From the UHGV virus genome UHGV-2134446: 41,941 bases of DNA; one strand, 5' to 3'. This stretch comes from a virus. Below are positions 1 to 8,533 of this stretch, one piece after another. The notes under the pieces were generated by a model. The model was not told the DNA's origin, ran no database searches, and saw only the letters and a program-made list of their open reading frames with translations. Numbering within the stretch: position 1 is the first letter of the stretch; each line of letters begins with the position of its first letter. The translations under genes were made by a program, and so were the position numbers.

Positions 1-135
1 TTTTTCAAGGCGCACGTTTGCTAAATCACCGTTGACCCATCTATCTAATTCCAACTTACTCTTGTTAAGATTCCATTTCATGAAGAGTATTTGTTCTTCT
101 AAGTCTTGGTAGTTTTTAAGCCATTGAAATCTCAC
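1..135 (-). CDS. N-terminal part of ArpU/RinA-like late transcriptional activator (continues in frame at 41941..41606)
   Basis: GTG 135..133 preceded by SD-like aaaggggtgg; frame stays open to a codon boundary exactly at position 1; translation VRFQWLKNYQDLEEQILFMKWNLNKSKLELDRWVNGDLANVRLEK. Confidence 0.5.
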   Translation of the reverse strand, partial: MRFQWLKNYQDLEEQILFMKWNLNKSKLELDRWVNGDLANVRLEK

Positions 136-316
136 AAACGCCACCCCTTTATGGTAAAATAGTCTTGTCACAGGTCACTTACCCAAAAGGTAGTGGCTTT
201 TTTATTTATCAAAATGTGAGCCATGTTGATGTTCTTCATCAATGATCAAACTCTTCAATGTCTTACCAAGAACTTTTTTATTTATGGTTCCGTTCGCCTT
301 GGCTTTTTCTAGTAAC

Positions 317-454
317 TTACGCTTCTTCTTTTTTACTTTCGATTTTTTCTTTGGCAATGGCTTGCTTCTCCTTTTCATCTAATTCTTTACCGAAAATCAC
401 ACTTGCGAATACTGTGGCAAAAAGTACCACGGCTACTAACACTGCAAAGTCCAT
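317..454 (-). CDS. Small single-TM membrane protein (45 aa), not in ORF track
   Basis: ATG 454..452 preceded by AGGAGG-ataa; translation MDFAVLVAVVLFATVFASVIFGKELDEKEKQAIAKEKIESKKEEA. Confidence 0.45.
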   Translation of the reverse strand: MDFAVLVAVVLFATVFASVIFGKELDEKEKQAIAKEKIESKKEEA

Positions 455-457
455 CAT

Positions 458-667
458 TTATCCTCCTGCTTCCATCGCATCCCTGACTAGCGGATCATTG
501 ATAATAATCTTGTACTTTATCTGCTCATACTGCAGTTGCTGTTCTAGCTTCACGATCTGCTTTTGCTGGTCAATTATTGTATAGGATAGCCAACTTAGGC
601 CTGCGATTGTCAGCAGTATTATGATGATTGAGTGGCTAGTTTTCATTGGCTTGCACCACAACGCCAT
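458..667 (-). CDS. Small membrane/coiled-coil protein (69 aa)
   Basis: ORF with hydrophobic segment IIIILLTIAGLSWLSYTII followed by Q/K-rich helix; co-oriented with early operon. Confidence 0.4.
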   Translation of the reverse strand: MALWCKPMKTSHSIIIILLTIAGLSWLSYTIIDQQKQIVKLEQQLQYEQIKYKIIINDPLVRDAMEAGG

Positions 668-1094
668 CAGATGTGCTAAAGTATTCTTTTTCTAACAATT
701 TTTGATGTTGATAAATATTTCCTACTACCTCTATTCTGCTTCTAGCACCCATCAAATCTGTATCATAAATATGCTTGCCTTTGATTCTATACGCCCCGTT
801 ATCCATTCGGTATGCTTGTACATAGCTATGCCAGTAAGTATCACTGTAATTAACGGATGAACTTGTATGCAAAAGAACATCCCCCTCGAAAATTTCCACG
901 CCGTTCTTGTCTTTTAAACCAGTGGATTGCATGAGGAATGAATCAGTTGCTGGAAAAGTATGATCTTCTGGATAATCTCCGCTTACATCAAGTATGTTTA
1001 TACCGTCATCATCTAACTCAAAACAAACGCCTTCTGTACTTGGATAAATCATTCTGTCATTTTCTTTATCCCAACATCTAAATTTTGGTTCCAT
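636..1094 (-). CDS. YopX-family phage protein (start at internal ATG 1094, SD GGAGGG)
   Basis: MEPKFRCWDKENDRMIY..., KDKNGVEIFEGDVL..., IEVVGNIYQHQKLL match YopX family hallmarks; the longer ORF-track N-terminus lacks an SD. Confidence 0.75.
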   Translation of the reverse strand: MEPKFRCWDKENDRMIYPSTEGVCFELDDDGINILDVSGDYPEDHTFPATDSFLMQSTGLKDKNGVEIFEGDVLLHTSSSVNYSDTYWHSYVQAYRMDNGAYRIKGKHIYDTDLMGARSRIEVVGNIYQHQKLLEKEYFSTSDGVVVQANEN

Positions 1095-1106
1095 CTTATC
1101 CCTCCA

Positions 1107-1138
1107 TTCATGATATAATCGCCATAGGAGGCGATCAT
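1107..1138 (+). promoter_or_regulatory. Copy 1 of duplicated 44-bp module: extended -10 TGATATAAT (1111-1119) plus hairpin aTCGCC-atagga-GGCGAt holding SD AGGAGG
   Basis: Near-identical to 1826..1858; perfect extended -10 and perfect SD 8 nt before ATG 1139. Confidence 0.5.
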
Positions 1139-1228
1139 ATGAAAAATAAAACATTCAGAAATGTAATTATTTTTATATTAGGTATTCTTGCTGGTATTCT
1201 ATTGAGTTCTATATTCAGATTTTTTTGA
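1139..1228 (+). CDS. Tiny hydrophobic peptide (29 aa) MKNKTFRNVIIFILGILAGILLSSIFRFF
   Basis: ATG 8 nt after AGGAGG, single predicted TM helix, antisense to flanking early genes. Confidence 0.45.
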   Translation: MKNKTFRNVIIFILGILAGILLSSIFRFF

Positions 1229-1248
1229 TTTCAAACCCTTTACAATAA

Positions 1249-1812
1249 TTAATTATCTACTCCTCTATCGCAATTGTTAGTGGATTTCATCACTGTTCCG
1301 TTAACAATTTTTGCAAAGGCTTCTGCTATTTCGATGTCATTGAAGGTAGTTGCCTCTATTCGGTTTTCTGTAAAACTGGCAAGCCAGTTATTCCGTTTTG
1401 CGGCTCCACTTATAGATATATCTTCCAAAAAAGTATTCTCTGTTTGCGATGCTACATAATAGACTGTATCTTTTTCGATTTCATACCCAAATAGCTTCAT
1501 TCTTACCAATGTTTCAATTGGATAATTAGTGGTGTCGACAAGCCAATCTTGAAAATCATCTCTCTCTTCTCTGCCCACTTTGAAAGCTTCTGTTAAAGCA
1601 CCGCTAAGGTCCCAATCTAACTCCTCGAATAAGCCCTCTTCGAACCAATCCGCTACAAACTGTGGAACAATTTCTTTTGACTGTTCAAATGCTTTTTCCA
1701 CACAACTTATGGCAATTCTTAGCCCTTCATTGATGCCTCCAGTGTATTCAGACTCAATTCGATCCTTAATTTGATTTTGCTTTATTTTTTCAATCAATTC
1801 TTGTTTCATCAA
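1249..1812 (-). CDS. Hypothetical early protein (187 aa, acidic)
   Basis: Long ORF with SD GGAGGGG before ATG 1812. Confidence 0.6.
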   Translation of the reverse strand: MMKQELIEKIKQNQIKDRIESEYTGGINEGLRIAISCVEKAFEQSKEIVPQFVADWFEEGLFEELDWDLSGALTEAFKVGREERDDFQDWLVDTTNYPIETLVRMKLFGYEIEKDTVYYVASQTENTFLEDISISGAAKRNNWLASFTENRIEATTFNDIEIAEAFAKIVNGTVMKSTNNCDRGVDN

Positions 1813-1825
1813 AATTATCCCCTCC

Positions 1826-1858
1826 GTTCATGATATAATCGCCATAGGAGGCGATCGT
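1826..1858 (+). promoter_or_regulatory. Copy 2 of duplicated module: extended -10 TGATATAAT (1831-1839) plus SD-containing hairpin
   Basis: Same 44-bp sequence as at 1101-1144 with 2 substitutions. Confidence 0.5.
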
Positions 1859-1996
1859 ATGAAATTTCATAATTATAATGATGCAGATAAAACTTACCTT
1901 GGTATAGCTGTAGCTTTTTTTATACTAGGACTAGGCTCAAAGTTCTATTGGATTCCAGCTGTTTTATTTTTATTAGTTGCTTTCCTAAAAGATTAG
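1859..1996 (+). CDS. Small hydrophobic peptide (45 aa) MKFHNYNDADKTYLGIAVAFFILGLGSKFYWIPAVLFLLVAFLKD
   Basis: ATG 8 nt after AGGAGG; one or two TM segments; followed by intrinsic terminator. Confidence 0.5.
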   Translation: MKFHNYNDADKTYLGIAVAFFILGLGSKFYWIPAVLFLLVAFLKD

Positions 1997-2017
1997 ATAC
2001 TTAGGTATCTTTTTTTC
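1995..2017 (+). terminator. Rho-independent terminator (agatac-ttag-gtatct then T7)
   Basis: Perfect 6-bp stem followed by ttttttt directly after stop of the 45-aa peptide ORF. Confidence 0.6.
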
Positions 2018-2160
2018 GTTATCGCTGACTATTCTTTACTGTGTTTAATGAAATGACAATTCACTTTATTTACCGTTTCTAGCGCTAATTATTTACCAAG
2101 TTATTTCATTATGCTATCCTTAATTCAACATAAAAGCTTTTATATGAGGAGAATAAACTT

Positions 2161-2634
2161 ATGAAAAAGTCATTTTTTATTTTAGGCTGTGTTCTGGTAC
2201 TATCTGGATGTTCTAACAAAACGTCCGTCAGCACTGCTTCCGATTCGTCTGATACTTTAAAAACATCTTCGACAACAATGGTTTCTTCTGCAACAGAATC
2301 ACACGAAAATACTACTGAAGATTCTCTCGATAAATATCAATCCATATCGGAATCACAAGATAACACTCTAGAAAGTAGTTTTATTGAAAACTCTAGCAAC
2401 CAAGAAACTTCAGTCCCTATGACAAATAAAGAAGATGAATACTATCAACAAATTAAAGATGCTTGGCAAAAAGAGAAAGATTATATAGACTCTGTCACTG
2501 ACCCAAAAGTAAAACAATCTTTACAAACTCCTTTTGCTGCTGCTAATGCCAAAGCAACTGAATTGGTAATGAATAATCCATCAGATGAAACAATTATTAT
2601 GAACGCTTTGAAAAAAGTTGTAGATGATCAATAA
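2161..2634 (+). CDS. Secreted lipoprotein (157 aa), lipobox LSGC, Ser/Thr-rich linker
   Basis: MKKSFFILGCVLVLSGCSNK signal peptide with lipobox; SD gaggag; opposite strand to surrounding early genes. Confidence 0.8.
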   Translation: MKKSFFILGCVLVLSGCSNKTSVSTASDSSDTLKTSSTTMVSSATESHENTTEDSLDKYQSISESQDNTLESSFIENSSNQETSVPMTNKEDEYYQQIKDAWQKEKDYIDSVTDPKVKQSLQTPFAAANAKATELVMNNPSDETIIMNALKKVVDDQ

Positions 2635-2660
2635 CGTTGTAAATAGTCCTTATGAAACTT

Positions 2661-2688
2661 AAACTAGTTTTCGAACTAGTTTTTTTAT
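2661..2688 (+). terminator. Rho-independent terminator (palindromic aactagtt stem, ttcg loop, T-run)
   Basis: aaactagttttcgaactagttttttt immediately after the lipoprotein stop. Confidence 0.7.
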
Positions 2689-2704
2689 TTCGTCGGATAG
2701 TGGA

Positions 2705-2884
2705 CTAGTAAACACCAACTGCTTTTCCATAGCAGTAGCGATCACATGCTCCATTCATCATCTGCCATTTGTTGTTGTAATCTAATTTATCGCTACAATT
2801 CAAACAGTACATTTTCCCATCGGCACTATACCCTGCTTTGATTAACCATTTCTTAGCAAGCTTCTTTTTTTGTCTTTTGTTCAC
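2705..2884 (-). CDS. Possible small Cys-rich protein (59 aa, GTG start overlapping upstream stop as GTGA)
   Basis: Open frame VNKRQKKKLAKKWLIKAGYSADGKMYCLNCSDKLDYNNKWQMMNGACDRYCYGKAVGVY; start/stop overlap suggests coupling but no clear SD. Confidence 0.2.
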   Translation of the reverse strand: MNKRQKKKLAKKWLIKAGYSADGKMYCLNCSDKLDYNNKWQMMNGACDRYCYGKAVGVY

Positions 2885-3099
2885 TCGATCTTACCTTCCA
2901 ATCTAACTGCCAGCGTCCTAGCTCTTTGTGATGTTGCCTTTTTTAGTCGACTTATGTCATCAACTGCTTGACGCTCATTCCAGTATTCTTGTGCAAGCTT
3001 TTTATCTGAGAATTCTGGCACATTTCCATGCCATTTTTTGAAATAAACTTTTTTAAATGACTGGTCAGTTAAATCAAATAGATGGAAAGCTATTCTCAT
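2881..3099 (-). CDS. Hypothetical early protein (72 aa)
   Basis: ORF in early operon orientation. Confidence 0.45.
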   Translation of the reverse strand: MRIAFHLFDLTDQSFKKVYFKKWHGNVPEFSDKKLAQEYWNERQAVDDISRLKKATSQRARTLAVRLEGKIE

Positions 3100-3127
3100 A
3101 TCATTCCCTCCTAGTTGTTTATATCTG

Positions 3128-3424
3128 TCACTTACTTCTTTCTTTTGCTATCCCCATATCAATGATTTGCTTAAAAAGATCCCACTCTTCAAATGTCATA
3201 GAAATATCATGCTGCTTAATAGCGTGCTGATCCACCGTTGTGAAATAAATGAAGCCTGTGCCTACATCCGCAAACAATTCATGTGTGTCGTTGGTATGAT
3301 TATCGACAACAGTCAAATCTTTAACGTCCGCTGATAATGCCATTTCTTTCCATCCTCCTGTTCCGTTATCTCTTCCAATTACTGACTCAGTCCACCTGCT
3401 CAAATAAAATGGCGTAATCATCAA
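3128..3424 (-). CDS. Hypothetical early protein (98 aa)
   Basis: ORF in early operon orientation. Confidence 0.5.
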   Translation of the reverse strand: MMITPFYLSRWTESVIGRDNGTGGWKEMALSADVKDLTVVDNHTNDTHELFADVGTGFIYFTTVDQHAIKQHDISMTFEEWDLFKQIIDMGIAKERSK

Positions 3425-3584
3425 TATCTAAATTTCCAGCAATCTCCTGTATTTTTTTCAAAGTAACATTTGCTGTTTTATTTTTAGCCGCTTTTGCATT
3501 TCCGCCCATCAATTCAGCAATCTTAATATTTTTATTTTCTGCATGCCAATGAACGTTTGTCCAAAATACTTCGAGAATGTCCAT
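3387..3584 (-). CDS. Hypothetical early protein (start moved to ATG 3584 with SD aaggagtgggg)
   Basis: Internal Met MDILEVFWTNVHWH... has a good SD; longer ORF-track start lacks one. Confidence 0.45.
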   Translation of the reverse strand: MDILEVFWTNVHWHAENKNIKIAELMGGNAKAAKNKTANVTLKKIQEIAGNLDIDDYAILFEQVD

Positions 3585-3717
3585 TTCCCCACTCCTTCGT
3601 TTCTTTACGAACAGCAACACCATCTTTATTACAGACCGGACAGTTGATTGCTACTGCCCGGCCAAACATATCTTTTCCCCAAATAATCCTTTCGCCTTTA
3701 CATCGATTGCATTTCAT
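3532..3717 (-). CDS. Small C4 zinc-ribbon protein (61 aa)
   Basis: CNRC...CPVC motif. Confidence 0.5.
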   Translation of the reverse strand: MKCNRCKGERIIWGKDMFGRAVAINCPVCNKDGVAVRKETKEWGNGHSRSILDKRSLACRK

Positions 3718-3725
3718 GGGATCAC

Positions 3726-3929
3726 CTACTTAATCTTGTTATTTTCCAACAAGTTAAGGTACAATAAACCAACATCGATCAATTTCTCATTCATGATTTG
3801 AGCAACTTCGCTAGGCTTAAACCCTTTAACAAAGAGATCTTTTGCTTGGTTAATAACGCCAACGCTCCAATAGAATTTTGCATCTTCCAGAATAATTATT
3901 TTGCCGTCACTCTTCCCCATCCGAATCAC
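3726..3929 (-). CDS. Hypothetical early protein (67 aa)
   Basis: ORF in early operon. Confidence 0.45.
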   Translation of the reverse strand: MIRMGKSDGKIIILEDAKFYWSVGVINQAKDLFVKGFKPSEVAQIMNEKLIDVGLLYLNLLENNKIK

Positions 3930-4503
3930 CTGATAATTCTTTGAAGATCACTTCATCTTTTTTCTTGCTCCAAGTATCAGCGAATGGTGCGAAGTACTGA
4001 CGAGAGATCTCAATCTGATCAATCAATGCATCTTCAGACATTTCATAAACAGCAGCTACTTCGGTAATTTTCTCGCCTTCTTCAATTTGAATTAATACAT
4101 CACGAGGATTGATTGTGATGCTGTCTGGTAACGGCAATGAGGTAGCGGTTTTGATGAATTCATCAATGGTTTCTTTGGAAACTTGAATCTCAACCATTTC
4201 AATTTCTTCGACACCATCACCAACATCTAATGAAGTTTGTTCTTCTTTCAAGACTTCAATTGTTCCATCGCTATTTACTGCATAATTGACGTTCGGACGT
4301 TTAGTCTGTTTATTGATAGGAAGCGTGTAGCCGACTGTTTCAGGTTGGATCGTAACTGATACCGTCTTGCCTAAAAAGTCGCTCAGATCGTCATAGCGGC
4401 CTTTCAGTGATCCATTGTTTACCACTAGTAGCACTTCTACATTTCCGTTAGATTTTGATGTAGCCTTTTTTACCTCTGGTCGAAAGTTTACTTGTTTAGT
4501 CAT
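3907..4503 (-). CDS. Hypothetical acidic early protein (198 aa)
   Basis: Long ORF, acidic C-terminal tail SGDSDGEE. Confidence 0.55.
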   Translation of the reverse strand: MTKQVNFRPEVKKATSKSNGNVEVLLVVNNGSLKGRYDDLSDFLGKTVSVTIQPETVGYTLPINKQTKRPNVNYAVNSDGTIEVLKEEQTSLDVGDGVEEIEMVEIQVSKETIDEFIKTATSLPLPDSITINPRDVLIQIEEGEKITEVAAVYEMSEDALIDQIEISRQYFAPFADTWSKKKDEVIFKELSGDSDGEE

Positions 4504-4840
4504 TTTTGTTTTCCTCCAATTTGTTTTTTATTAAGACAAAGTAACGTCCTTTGCTGTCTTTGATTCCTGATTTAAGTCTGCATGTCACTTCATACTTCGA
4601 TATGTCACAAAACTCCGCTACGGCTCTCTTATTGCCCTCAAAAGCGATTTTGTTATCTTCTATGACTTGGATTCTTAAACCTTTACGCCCTGATTTTGTG
4701 ACAGCTGTTTCACTTCTGAGTCGTTTCAATTCTTGCTGTACTACTTTATTGGTCTCAAAGTCGTCACGCTCGGCAAGGTAAACCATTCGGGCAAGTCTGG
4801 CACGCTTTAGCGCTCGCCGTCCTTGTTTACTTGTAACCAT
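4496..4840 (-). CDS. Hypothetical basic protein (114 aa), possibly DNA-binding
   Basis: Arg/Lys-rich N-terminus RRALKRARLARMVYLAERDD. Confidence 0.5.
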   Translation of the reverse strand: MVTSKQGRRALKRARLARMVYLAERDDFETNKVVQQELKRLRSETAVTKSGRKGLRIQVIEDNKIAFEGNKRAVAEFCDISKYEVTCRLKSGIKDSKGRYFVLIKNKLEENKND

Positions 4841-4850
4841 ATAAGCCCAC

Positions 4851-5339
4851 CTATCTTTCGATAATCGAATTGCGTTTATCTTTTAGTCGTTCCAGCTGAT
4901 ATTCAAGTGATTTGATTTCACTATCTACTTGATAAAGCTGCCGCTCTTTATCTGGTGATGCTGTTTTTTTAACAAAATATTTCGGATATTTTCTGCCGCC
5001 CGAATCACATGCAACACAAAATCGATCATCGTTTAAATATTCCTGATAGGTGGTTTGATCCACTTCCCGAACATCGCTATAATCAAAAATCAGCGTAAAG
5101 TCATTGATGTTTTCATTGTCCAGGACGTATGAAATACTGTCCTGATAACTTTTATAATAGCTATCAACCAGCATTATTTTGTTTTCGCTGATCCGAGGAA
5201 CGAACGTCCAATTCGTACACCAATAAGGATCGGAACTGCCCCCTCGACGTGTTCTTTCGTCAATCTCTCTTGCGTACAGTCCGGTAGGGATAATCTTTAA
5301 CCTGTTTTCTGCTGATAACATTTTCGCCCTCCTTGTCAT
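4851..5339 (-). CDS. Hypothetical early protein (162 aa)
   Basis: Long ORF, tightly packed with neighbours. Confidence 0.55.
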   Translation of the reverse strand: MTRRAKMLSAENRLKIIPTGLYAREIDERTRRGGSSDPYWCTNWTFVPRISENKIMLVDSYYKSYQDSISYVLDNENINDFTLIFDYSDVREVDQTTYQEYLNDDRFCVACDSGGRKYPKYFVKKTASPDKERQLYQVDSEIKSLEYQLERLKDKRNSIIER

Positions 5340-5542
5340 AAGTGCCTCATTGATCGGACAGCAATCGGTGTTGAATTTTTCTTGCTACTCCGTTCATTCG
5401 CCGGTCGTGTTCGCCACATCTGTTCTAGCTTTCGAACAAGTTTCACTGCTTTTGATTCTGTACAAGTTTGGCTGATTTGATATTTCACATCGCCGTTTAC
5501 GTCCAGAAATTGAACATTCCATTCTTTAGACTTCTCCATCAC
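5336..5542 (-). CDS. Hypothetical small protein (68 aa)
   Basis: ORF with start/stop overlaps to neighbours (ATGA). Confidence 0.45.
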   Translation of the reverse strand: MMEKSKEWNVQFLDVNGDVKYQISQTCTESKAVKLVRKLEQMWRTRPANERSSKKNSTPIAVRSMRHL

Positions 5543-6000
5543 TTGGTTCCCTCCAACTTTCTCTTGCGGCGAACGCTTGCTCTTTTACGCTGCTGACGAG
5601 CTGATTCAAAGCAACTCATTTCCTCAAATCTATTTGTTTTAGAATTGAACTTTGCAAATGTCACTGGGAACCCATAGCGGTTAGCAAACATCTTCATTTT
5701 CAACATTGAGATTGCATCTTGATATCCTTTGACATCGACTACTTTAACCAGCTTGCCTTCTTCATAAATGACGAAATCCGCTCGATAATGTATTGGAGCT
5801 ACCTTCAAACCATCGCTATAAAACCCTTCTTGCAAGATAATATTTTTTTGCATTTCGCAAAAATTATCTGATATTGGTAGAAAGCTCATCCCTTTTTGTT
5901 TCAAGATTTTGTAGTATCTGGCTTCGGCTTTTGAATCAAAGAGAATGCCATCTACTTCATGTTTAGTATTTCCGTACTTACTTCTAGTTTTTGTAACCAA
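5539..6000 (-). CDS. DUF1064-family protein (phage PD-(D/E)XK-like, resolvase-like)
   Basis: SKYGNTKHEVDGILFDSKAEARYYKIL ... YRADFVIYEEGKLVKVVDVKG resembles DUF1064 signature. Confidence 0.55.
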   Translation of the reverse strand: MVTKTRSKYGNTKHEVDGILFDSKAEARYYKILKQKGMSFLPISDNFCEMQKNIILQEGFYSDGLKVAPIHYRADFVIYEEGKLVKVVDVKGYQDAISMLKMKMFANRYGFPVTFAKFNSKTNRFEEMSCFESARQQRKRASVRRKRKLEGTK

Positions 6001-6003
6001 TAG

Positions 6004-6843
6004 CTACACCGCCCTTAATCGTTTATCTGCTGTAGTTACGAACTTAAATGCGAATCCTTTTGAATTTTTGAATAATCGAGATACTATTCTTTCTCCATAT
6101 GCGTTCTTCATTTCTTTTCCAGTCAAATTTGTAGTTAAAATGATCGCCTGATTTTGACGAGCTTCTAAAATTGAGTTCAATGTGTCATTATTAAAATTCG
6201 TACTACTGCTATAGGTAGTTCCTCCTAGTTCAGACCCCAAATCATCGATCACCACAAGATCGGCTGTTTTAATGTCTTTCATAAGTGAACCTTGAATTTC
6301 CTTTCTCAATTGCTCGTCATTGAATGAATACTTGATTTGCTCCAACAATTCACGATAGCTAATAAACAGACATTTTTTGTCGTAATCTGACCGTTTAATA
6401 ATTTCCCAAGTAGCAGCCATGGCTAGATGACTTTTACCGCTACCTGGCTTTCCATTCAAGGCAAGGTGTTTGGGTTCACCACTCAGTACAGCTTCTACAA
6501 AACTTTTCGCGATATTAACAGCAGTCTCTGTTTCCACATCAATAATTTTGTAATTATCAAAAGAACAGTCAAACAAAGATTTGTCGGTAATCACTGAACC
6601 AAATTTAAAGAAATTGAGTGTTTTGCTTTTTAAACTATCGTTGTAGATCCGTTCGGTTTCTCGATCTTCTTTTCGCTGCATATCATAGTAACCGCAAGCC
6701 ATACAAAGTGGCGCACATCGGTCGGAACCGTCTTTGTTCTTCGCTTTGTACCCGTATAGCGGTTGTTGACATTTTGGACACTCGCCACTTACCACTAATA
6801 CCTTGTCAATTAAAGATTTCATTTCAACTGCTAGGCTCTTCAT
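6004..6843 (-). CDS. DnaC/IstB-like AAA+ helicase loader with N-terminal zinc finger
   Basis: Walker A GKPGSGKSHLAMA, Walker B VVIDDLG, N-terminal CPKC...CMAC. Confidence 0.8.
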   Translation of the reverse strand: MKSLAVEMKSLIDKVLVVSGECPKCQQPLYGYKAKNKDGSDRCAPLCMACGYYDMQRKEDRETERIYNDSLKSKTLNFFKFGSVITDKSLFDCSFDNYKIIDVETETAVNIAKSFVEAVLSGEPKHLALNGKPGSGKSHLAMAATWEIIKRSDYDKKCLFISYRELLEQIKYSFNDEQLRKEIQGSLMKDIKTADLVVIDDLGSELGGTTYSSSTNFNNDTLNSILEARQNQAIILTTNLTGKEMKNAYGERIVSRLFKNSKGFAFKFVTTADKRLRAV

Positions 6844-6855
6844 ATTTCACCTCCA

Positions 6856-7647
6856 CTAAATTGGTAAATCGTCATAATCATTAAAAGCTTCGCTCTCCAA
6901 ACGCCGCCCTCCATTTTTCTTGGTCGGGTTATTTCTTTGAGCCTTCATCTTGTCGTAATGTTTTCTCAAACTGGACGGTGATAAAATCACGCCACTCCAA
7001 AATTCATGTTGCGTTGCCCAGACAATCATTTCTTGAACTTCCTTACCTGATCGTTTGTCTGATTCGATTGTTAGGCGAATTGTATTCGCCCAATCATCAA
7101 GATTTGGTTCTTTGATGTCTTGGTTCTTTTTGATTAATTTGAAAAGAGTTTTTGCAAGAATTTTATTAGGGTCGTCGTCTGAGTAAACGCGCTTTTTGCG
7201 TTTCCCTGACGTAATATCTTTATTGTTATCATTGTTAATCATTGTTTTATCATTGTTGTTTGTGCTTTTCTGTGGCTTTTCAGTGTCACTTGAGTGGCTT
7301 TTTTTATTATCTTGATTCTGATAAATGTCATAATTAACAATGGTTATAACCGTCTTTTTACTGTCACTTTTTCTAACTAACATTCCATCTTTTTCCAGCA
7401 AGGTTAAAAAGTCAGTAACTTTTGTTCTAGACCATCGCCATCTTTCAGATAGTTGACGTATTGAAGTGATTTTCTGGCCACGTTCAACTTCAACTAATTT
7501 GCCATCAAACACAAACTTGTTTTGTTTATGATTGGCATCCATGACTAGGTCTAACCACGCTTCGTATTTAGAAAATACTCGTTTCTCTTGATAAAGCCAG
7601 TGATCTCTTATACTGCGGTGGATAGCAACCCAACCTTTGTCTGCCAT
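6856..7647 (-). CDS. Phage replisome organizer / DnaD-like replication initiation protein
   Basis: N-terminus MADKGWVAIHRSIRDHWLY typical of replisome-organizer N-domain; positioned directly upstream of DnaC-like loader. Confidence 0.6.
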   Translation of the reverse strand: MADKGWVAIHRSIRDHWLYQEKRVFSKYEAWLDLVMDANHKQNKFVFDGKLVEVERGQKITSIRQLSERWRWSRTKVTDFLTLLEKDGMLVRKSDSKKTVITIVNYDIYQNQDNKKSHSSDTEKPQKSTNNNDKTMINNDNNKDITSGKRKKRVYSDDDPNKILAKTLFKLIKKNQDIKEPNLDDWANTIRLTIESDKRSGKEVQEMIVWATQHEFWSGVILSPSSLRKHYDKMKAQRNNPTKKNGGRRLESEAFNDYDDLPI

Positions 7648-7660
7648 TTAAATCACCACC

Positions 7661-8533
7661 TTACAAGTCGTTCATACTTGTAAATCCGGTTATTCGTTGA
7701 TTCGCCCGGCAATACTCACAAGTTCCACAAGCTTCTGGTTTTTCTTCACCCATTTTTATCCGTTGAATACGATCGATGTTGTCTCTTAAGTCGATTAACT
7801 CGAACGACATTTTGTCCTCGTCCAGCGTGATCAACTTCGCTTCGCTTGGTGTCTGCTTAGAAACTGCAGCGATTATAGGAACGAAATCTTTTCCGTATTG
7901 TTGTTTGAGTAATTCGCAATAAACAGCCATCTGCAAGACGTACCCAAAATTCTCAATGAAGGTGCAGCGTTGACCGTAAACCTCGTTCCATTTTCTTTCA
8001 TGAATATCTTTACTTGTTTTGATATCTACGAAATAGTCATCTTCGAGATTTAAGCAATCAATTTTCCCCTTCCACTCGACACCAAATAGTTCCCCAGTTA
8101 CGATCACTTCTTTTTCACCTTGGTATAAATTCAGAAACGCATCTTCGACAATCAATCGGTCGATCATCTGTTCAGCGATCTTGAAATCTTTCAAAAGTCC
8201 ATAAGGTTTTCTAGAAGAAAACATCCTGTTTTTATTTTCTTCCTTGAATTTTTCATGAACCGTTAGATCCTCAAAATAAGAATGGACGTAGTTTCCAACT
8301 AGTAAGGCGATTGGATCAGATGACGGTTGCCAGTCACCTTTTAGTTTGGCTAAAGCAGCCGCAGGACATTTGAGAAAGTTTTTGTATTGAGATACCGACA
8401 TGTATTGCCAGTCCGCTTCATTGCCGTAGTAATTATCATCATTGAGCTTGATCTTAGAACGGGTAATCTTCTTCTGGGAGGATTCCTTCATCGTTGGCAC
8501 CTTCCTCTCTGTCAAAGTTAGGAATGATACCAA
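7661..8533 (-). CDS. PD-(D/E)XK (YqaJ/Cas4-like) recombination exonuclease with C-terminal Cys cluster
   Basis: D...EDDYFVDIKTSKD PD-(D/E)XK-like core; C-terminal C-x2-C-x2-C; adjacent to RecT-like gene. Confidence 0.55.
   Translation of the reverse strand: MVSFLTLTERKVPTMKESSQKKITRSKIKLNDDNYYGNEADWQYMSVSQYKNFLKCPAAALAKLKGDWQPSSDPIALLVGNYVHSYFEDLTVHEKFKEENKNRMFSSRKPYGLLKDFKIAEQMIDRLIVEDAFLNLYQGEKEVIVTGELFGVEWKGKIDCLNLEDDYFVDIKTSKDIHERKWNEVYGQRCTFIENFGYVLQMAVYCELLKQQYGKDFVPIIAAVSKQTPSEAKLITLDEDKMSFELIDLRDNIDRIQRIKMGEEKPEACGTCEYCRANQRITGFTSMNDL

Noticed and set aside
180-215. Weak hairpin cttacc-caaaa-ggtag plus T-run on the plus strand
   Set aside because: Only 4-5 bp of stem and no upstream plus-strand gene; not reported as a terminator.
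3907-4503. Acidic C-terminal tail suggested an SSB
   Set aside because: No OB-fold-like N-terminal SSB pattern and the tail does not end in the usual D-(I/L)-P-F motif.
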